Origin: Patescibacteria group bacterium
Lineage (GTDB): Bacteria; Patescibacteriota; Patescibacteriia; PEXW01
Assembly: GCA_041665345.1 (NCBI GenBank)
Contig: JBAYJA010000002.1
Coordinates: 18,649-82,648 of the forward strand
Reading direction: 5' to 3'
DNA length: 64,000 nt
Of the stretch, positions 60,670 to 64,000 are shown piece by piece (the stretch's first letter is position 1; every line of letters begins with the position of its first letter). The position numbers and the translations under genes are program-made. Below the pieces are notes generated by a model. That model saw only the letters and a program-made list of their open reading frames with translations, was not told the DNA's origin and did no database searches.

Positions 60670-61243
60670 GATTGAAACCCTCCTCTTCCTGGCTGGCAAA
60701 CCACTCACGGTAAAAAAACTTGTTGAGTTGGTTGATGCACCCAAAGCTGACGTGCAAGCAGCGGCGACGGAGCTCATGCATGACTACGAACAGAAGCAGA
60801 CCGGTCTGCTCATCCAGCAGGCGGGGGACAGCTTCCAGCTCGTCAGTCACCCAGACCATCGGGCCTTGGCGCAAACCTTTGTGAAAGATGAAGTGTCCGG
60901 CGAGCTTACCAAGCCCAGCCTGGAAGCACTGACCATTGTGGCGTACCGCGGGCCTGTGACCAAAACTGAGCTGGAGCAAATTCGCGGGGTGAATTGCACG
61001 CTCATTCTCCGCAACCTGTTGATCCGTGGTTTGGTGGAAGCGAGTTACGATAAAACGCAAGCCACCACGGTCTACTCCGTTACCCATGACTTTGTTCGCT
61101 TCCTGGGGCTTGCTACGGTAGAAGAGCTTCCTGACTACGAAAAACTCCATTCCCATGCCACCCTCAACGAATTCCTTGAGCGGACGGGCGCGGTCGCCGC
61201 AGCGGACAGCAACGCCCAAGCGGAAACCGTCCCAGCCGCGTAA
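60656..61243 (+). CDS. scpB: Segregation and condensation protein B
   Basis: IETLLFLAGKPLTV...TIVAYRGPVTKTELEQIRGV winged helices. Confidence 0.9.
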   Translation: MLKHKIETLLFLAGKPLTVKKLVELVDAPKADVQAAATELMHDYEQKQTGLLIQQAGDSFQLVSHPDHRALAQTFVKDEVSGELTKPSLEALTIVAYRGPVTKTELEQIRGVNCTLILRNLLIRGLVEASYDKTQATTVYSVTHDFVRFLGLATVEELPDYEKLHSHATLNEFLERTGAVAAADSNAQAETVPAA

Positions 61244-61247
61244 ACCT

Positions 61248-62255
61248 ATGATGCATCCAGTGCCCATCTCACCAGTCAATCCGGCTGGGAGCGTGCGTCG
61301 TCGCTTGCTTCCTGGGAATGCCTTTGCCGTCCTTGGCTTCTTGCTGGTCAGTGGGGTCATTGTGGCAGTCATTGCCATGGCCTACGTTTTTGTCTACCTG
61401 CCTGATGCGCGGCTGGCAGCACATCTGGGAAAAGTTGCAGGGGCAACGTACACGCGTTCGCTTCCAGTCGTCCCCTTGCCCACGACACCTGTGCCAGTGG
61501 TTACCCCGGTTTCCGGGATTTTACTGGATGTTGATTCTGCAACCGTGCTGTGGGAGAAAAATGCACTCCAACCTCGGCCAATTGCCAGCCTCACAAAGTT
61601 GGTGAGTGCGGTGACCTGGCTCAACACCAACCCAAAACTTGATGCCTACGTCACCATTCCCAGTGACATTGATCAAGCCGTGGCCGAAGCCGGTGAACCC
61701 GGCGATGTTGCAAGTAAAGTGAGTCTCCAGCCAGGGGAGCGCGTGCGGGCAAAAGATCTCCTTGCCAGCGCTATCATTGCTTCGGCGAATAATGCCCTGC
61801 TGGCGCTGGTTCGAAGCACGGGGTCGGTGGCTGACTTTACGCAAGAGATGGCGCAGTCTGCGGCTGACGCGCATACTACAACCTTGACCGTGGCTGACCC
61901 CACGGGCTTAGACCGGGCGAACGTTGCCTCGGCCAAGGACATTGCTCTGCTGGCGCACCAAGCCTTCCAGAACCCAGTGCTCAAGCCATTCTTCACCCAA
62001 GCGCAGACGCGCATCACTACCGCCGGGGGCCGGACCTTCACTGCCCGCAGCACTGATGAGCTGGTTCGGACGACCCGGACGTACACGGTGGTGGGGGCGA
62101 AAACTGGGTACTTGCCTGAGGCTGGGTACACCTTTGCGGTTGAAGCCAAGAAAGACGACAGAAAACTCGTCTTGGTCTTGCTGGGTGAACCAAATTCCGC
62201 TGCCCGTTTTGCAGACGCTGACGCCTTGCTGCAGTGGGGTTTTAGCGCGACGTAG
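61248..62255 (+). CDS. D-alanyl-D-alanine carboxypeptidase (peptidase S11 / PBP5 family) with N-terminal TM anchor
   Basis: SxxK (SLTKL), SxN (SAN) and KTG (GAKTGY) motifs. Confidence 0.85.
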   Translation: MMHPVPISPVNPAGSVRRRLLPGNAFAVLGFLLVSGVIVAVIAMAYVFVYLPDARLAAHLGKVAGATYTRSLPVVPLPTTPVPVVTPVSGILLDVDSATVLWEKNALQPRPIASLTKLVSAVTWLNTNPKLDAYVTIPSDIDQAVAEAGEPGDVASKVSLQPGERVRAKDLLASAIIASANNALLALVRSTGSVADFTQEMAQSAADAHTTTLTVADPTGLDRANVASAKDIALLAHQAFQNPVLKPFFTQAQTRITTAGGRTFTARSTDELVRTTRTYTVVGAKTGYLPEAGYTFAVEAKKDDRKLVLVLLGEPNSAARFADADALLQWGFSAT

Positions 62256-62305
62256 CAACCAGAAGCTGCATTGCCAGTACCGTGCAGCCGAGCTACAATT
62301 GCTGC

Positions 62306-63064
62306 ATGCGACCGCTTGTCGTTGCCAATTGGAAAATGCACGTTACACCGCCGCAAGCGGAGGCTTTTGTGCAGGATTTTTTAGCCCAGGATCCAGCGCC
62401 GCTCCAGGCCGCGAACGTGGTGCTCTGCCCGGCCGCGCCGGTGATTGGCACGGTGGCCCAGGTCTGCGCCGGTTCCCCCGTGCGCTGGGGGGCGCAGAAC
62501 GCATACTGGGAAGCGCGAGGGCAGTTTACCGGTGAGGTGTCCATGGAAATGCTCCGCGCGTTGGGCTGTGCCTACGTGCTGTGTGGCCATTCAGAACGGC
62601 GGGCACACTTTGGGGAAACGGACCAGGATGTGAGCCGGAAGGTGCAGCAGGCCGTGGCGAATGGCATTGAACCAATTCTGTGTGTCGGGGAGACATTTGC
62701 GCAGCGGCAGCAGCAGATTCATGAGGTAACGGTGAGCGAGCAGGTACGCAAAGGTGTGGATCTCCTCAGTGCGTTCCCGCAAAAGAAGTTTACTATTGCG
62801 TACGAGCCTGTTTGGTCTGTGGGTACCGGACATCCAATCGAACCGGAACAAGCGTGGGCAATGGCACGGCTGATCCACCAAACCCTACGAGAGGAAATGC
62901 CTGACACTGCCGATACAGTGCCAATTATTTATGGCGGCAGCGTGAAACCCGACAATGCAAAATCCTTTGTGGATGGGAAGCACCTCGTTGGCGTCCTGGT
63001 CGGGAGTGCAAGCCTTGACCCAAAAGCCTTGTACGAAATTATTACCCAGCTGACAACGAAATAG
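62306..63064 (+). CDS. tpiA: Triosephosphate isomerase
   Basis: MRPLVVANWKMH...VLCGHSERR...YEPVWSVGTG. ATG 62306 preferred over GTG 62282. Confidence 0.93.
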   Translation: MRPLVVANWKMHVTPPQAEAFVQDFLAQDPAPLQAANVVLCPAAPVIGTVAQVCAGSPVRWGAQNAYWEARGQFTGEVSMEMLRALGCAYVLCGHSERRAHFGETDQDVSRKVQQAVANGIEPILCVGETFAQRQQQIHEVTVSEQVRKGVDLLSAFPQKKFTIAYEPVWSVGTGHPIEPEQAWAMARLIHQTLREEMPDTADTVPIIYGGSVKPDNAKSFVDGKHLVGVLVGSASLDPKALYEIITQLTTK

Positions 63065-63065
63065 T

Positions 63066-63944
63066 ATGCTTACTCACGTGAAAGAAATTGTGCATGATGC
63101 TATTGCCAGGAACTACGCCATTGGCGCCTTCAACGTGGAAAATTTGGAGACAACCCTGGGTGTTGTTCGGGCAGCGGTGAAGGAGAAGTCCCCCCTCATT
63201 TTGCAGGTGTCAGAAAAGACCATTGCCTACGCCGGGCTCCGGGCGATTACCAGCATTGTGGAGCACATTGCGCGTGATGAAGCCGGCACCATTCCGGTTG
63301 CCTTACACTTAGACCATGGCAAGTCGTTCCGTTCCGTGGCAGCGTGTATCAGCGCAGGTTTTTCTTCCATCATGATTGACGCGTCTGACGTGCCGTTCCA
63401 GGAAAATGTGATTCTCACCAAGCAGGCAGTTGACTACGCACACCGCAAAGAAGCTTGGGCGCAAGGGGAGTTGGGGGTGGTGAAAGGTTTGGAAGAAGCA
63501 ATGACCCTGGCGCAGCGTGAACCTTTTATGACCAAGCCGGACGAAGCGAAAGCGTTTGTTGCCCAAACCGGGGTTGATACCCTGGCCGTAGCCGTGGGGA
63601 ACATGCATGGGGTAGTGAAAATGCGGAAAGGCGCTACCCAGGAGCTGGATCAAGCCCGGTTGGAAGCCATCCACGACATGCTGCCCGACACTCCTTTGGT
63701 GCTCCACGGTGCGTCTGGGCTTGGGAAGGCGGAATTGACCCGCGCGGCTGACCATGGCGTGCGGATTGTGAACATGAACACAGAACTCAAACTCGCTTTT
63801 GCCAATGCACTCCGCGCAACGCTGACCAAGGATGATGAGGCGTATGACCCGCGGCTGATTTTTGGGCCAGCCATGGCCGCCTTGGAGGCGTTGGTCAGTA
63901 CCAAGCTCCGCGCCTTAGGCAGCACCGGTAAAGCAAACGGTTAA
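63066..63944 (+). CDS. fba: Class II fructose-bisphosphate aldolase
   Basis: AIGAFNVENLE...LHLDHG...GNMHG motifs. Confidence 0.9.
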   Translation: MLTHVKEIVHDAIARNYAIGAFNVENLETTLGVVRAAVKEKSPLILQVSEKTIAYAGLRAITSIVEHIARDEAGTIPVALHLDHGKSFRSVAACISAGFSSIMIDASDVPFQENVILTKQAVDYAHRKEAWAQGELGVVKGLEEAMTLAQREPFMTKPDEAKAFVAQTGVDTLAVAVGNMHGVVKMRKGATQELDQARLEAIHDMLPDTPLVLHGASGLGKAELTRAADHGVRIVNMNTELKLAFANALRATLTKDDEAYDPRLIFGPAMAALEALVSTKLRALGSTGKANG

Positions 63945-64000
63945 TTTTTTTCACCTTTTCTCCTCCTTCTAAACACTTCACTATGCCAGTACGCATTGCC

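Overview
A 64 kb chromosomal window of about 55% GC, probably from a small-genome bacterium and possibly a CPR/Patescibacteria-like lineage. That lineage guess is inference from L30 being absent between rpsE and rplO, from extended ribosomal proteins, and from a compact pilus locus with no outer-membrane secretin genes; only a taxonomic marker comparison could settle it. The window holds five blocks. (1) A complete, compact type IV pilus (T4P) cluster at 1-13520 carries pilB, a standalone response-regulator REC, a PilT-like ATPase with degenerate catalytic motifs, pilC, two tandem major-pilin candidates, an O-antigen-ligase (Wzy_C)+TPR membrane protein, a pilin-like gene, a DUF559 endonuclease-like insertion flanked by GC-rich hairpins, prepilin peptidase pilD and four large minor-pilin-like proteins. 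(2) Housekeeping genes follow: a metallophosphoesterase, ligA, gatCA, a second paralogous REC protein, ndk and tRNA-Pro. (3) An accessory-looking stretch at 20-25 kb includes an AT-rich orphan gene with a HEPN-like RNxxxHG motif translationally coupled to murI. (4) The rpsL-rpsG-fusA-tuf and S10-spc-secY-adk-map ribosomal superoperon ends early in ruvX and a WecA/MraY-family transferase. (5) The last 20 kb carries recR-ybaB-dnaB, a DnaQ-like exonuclease, tRNA-Lys followed by a low-GC two-gene islet whose proteins share an N-terminal motif, a P-type ATPase, asnS-aspS, scpAB, a DD-carboxypeptidase, tpiA and fba. No rRNA, CRISPR array or recognisable transposase was seen. Recurrent CCCCTCC-N7-GGAGGGG hairpins and a 20-nt exact repeat shared by two distant intergenic regions are present.
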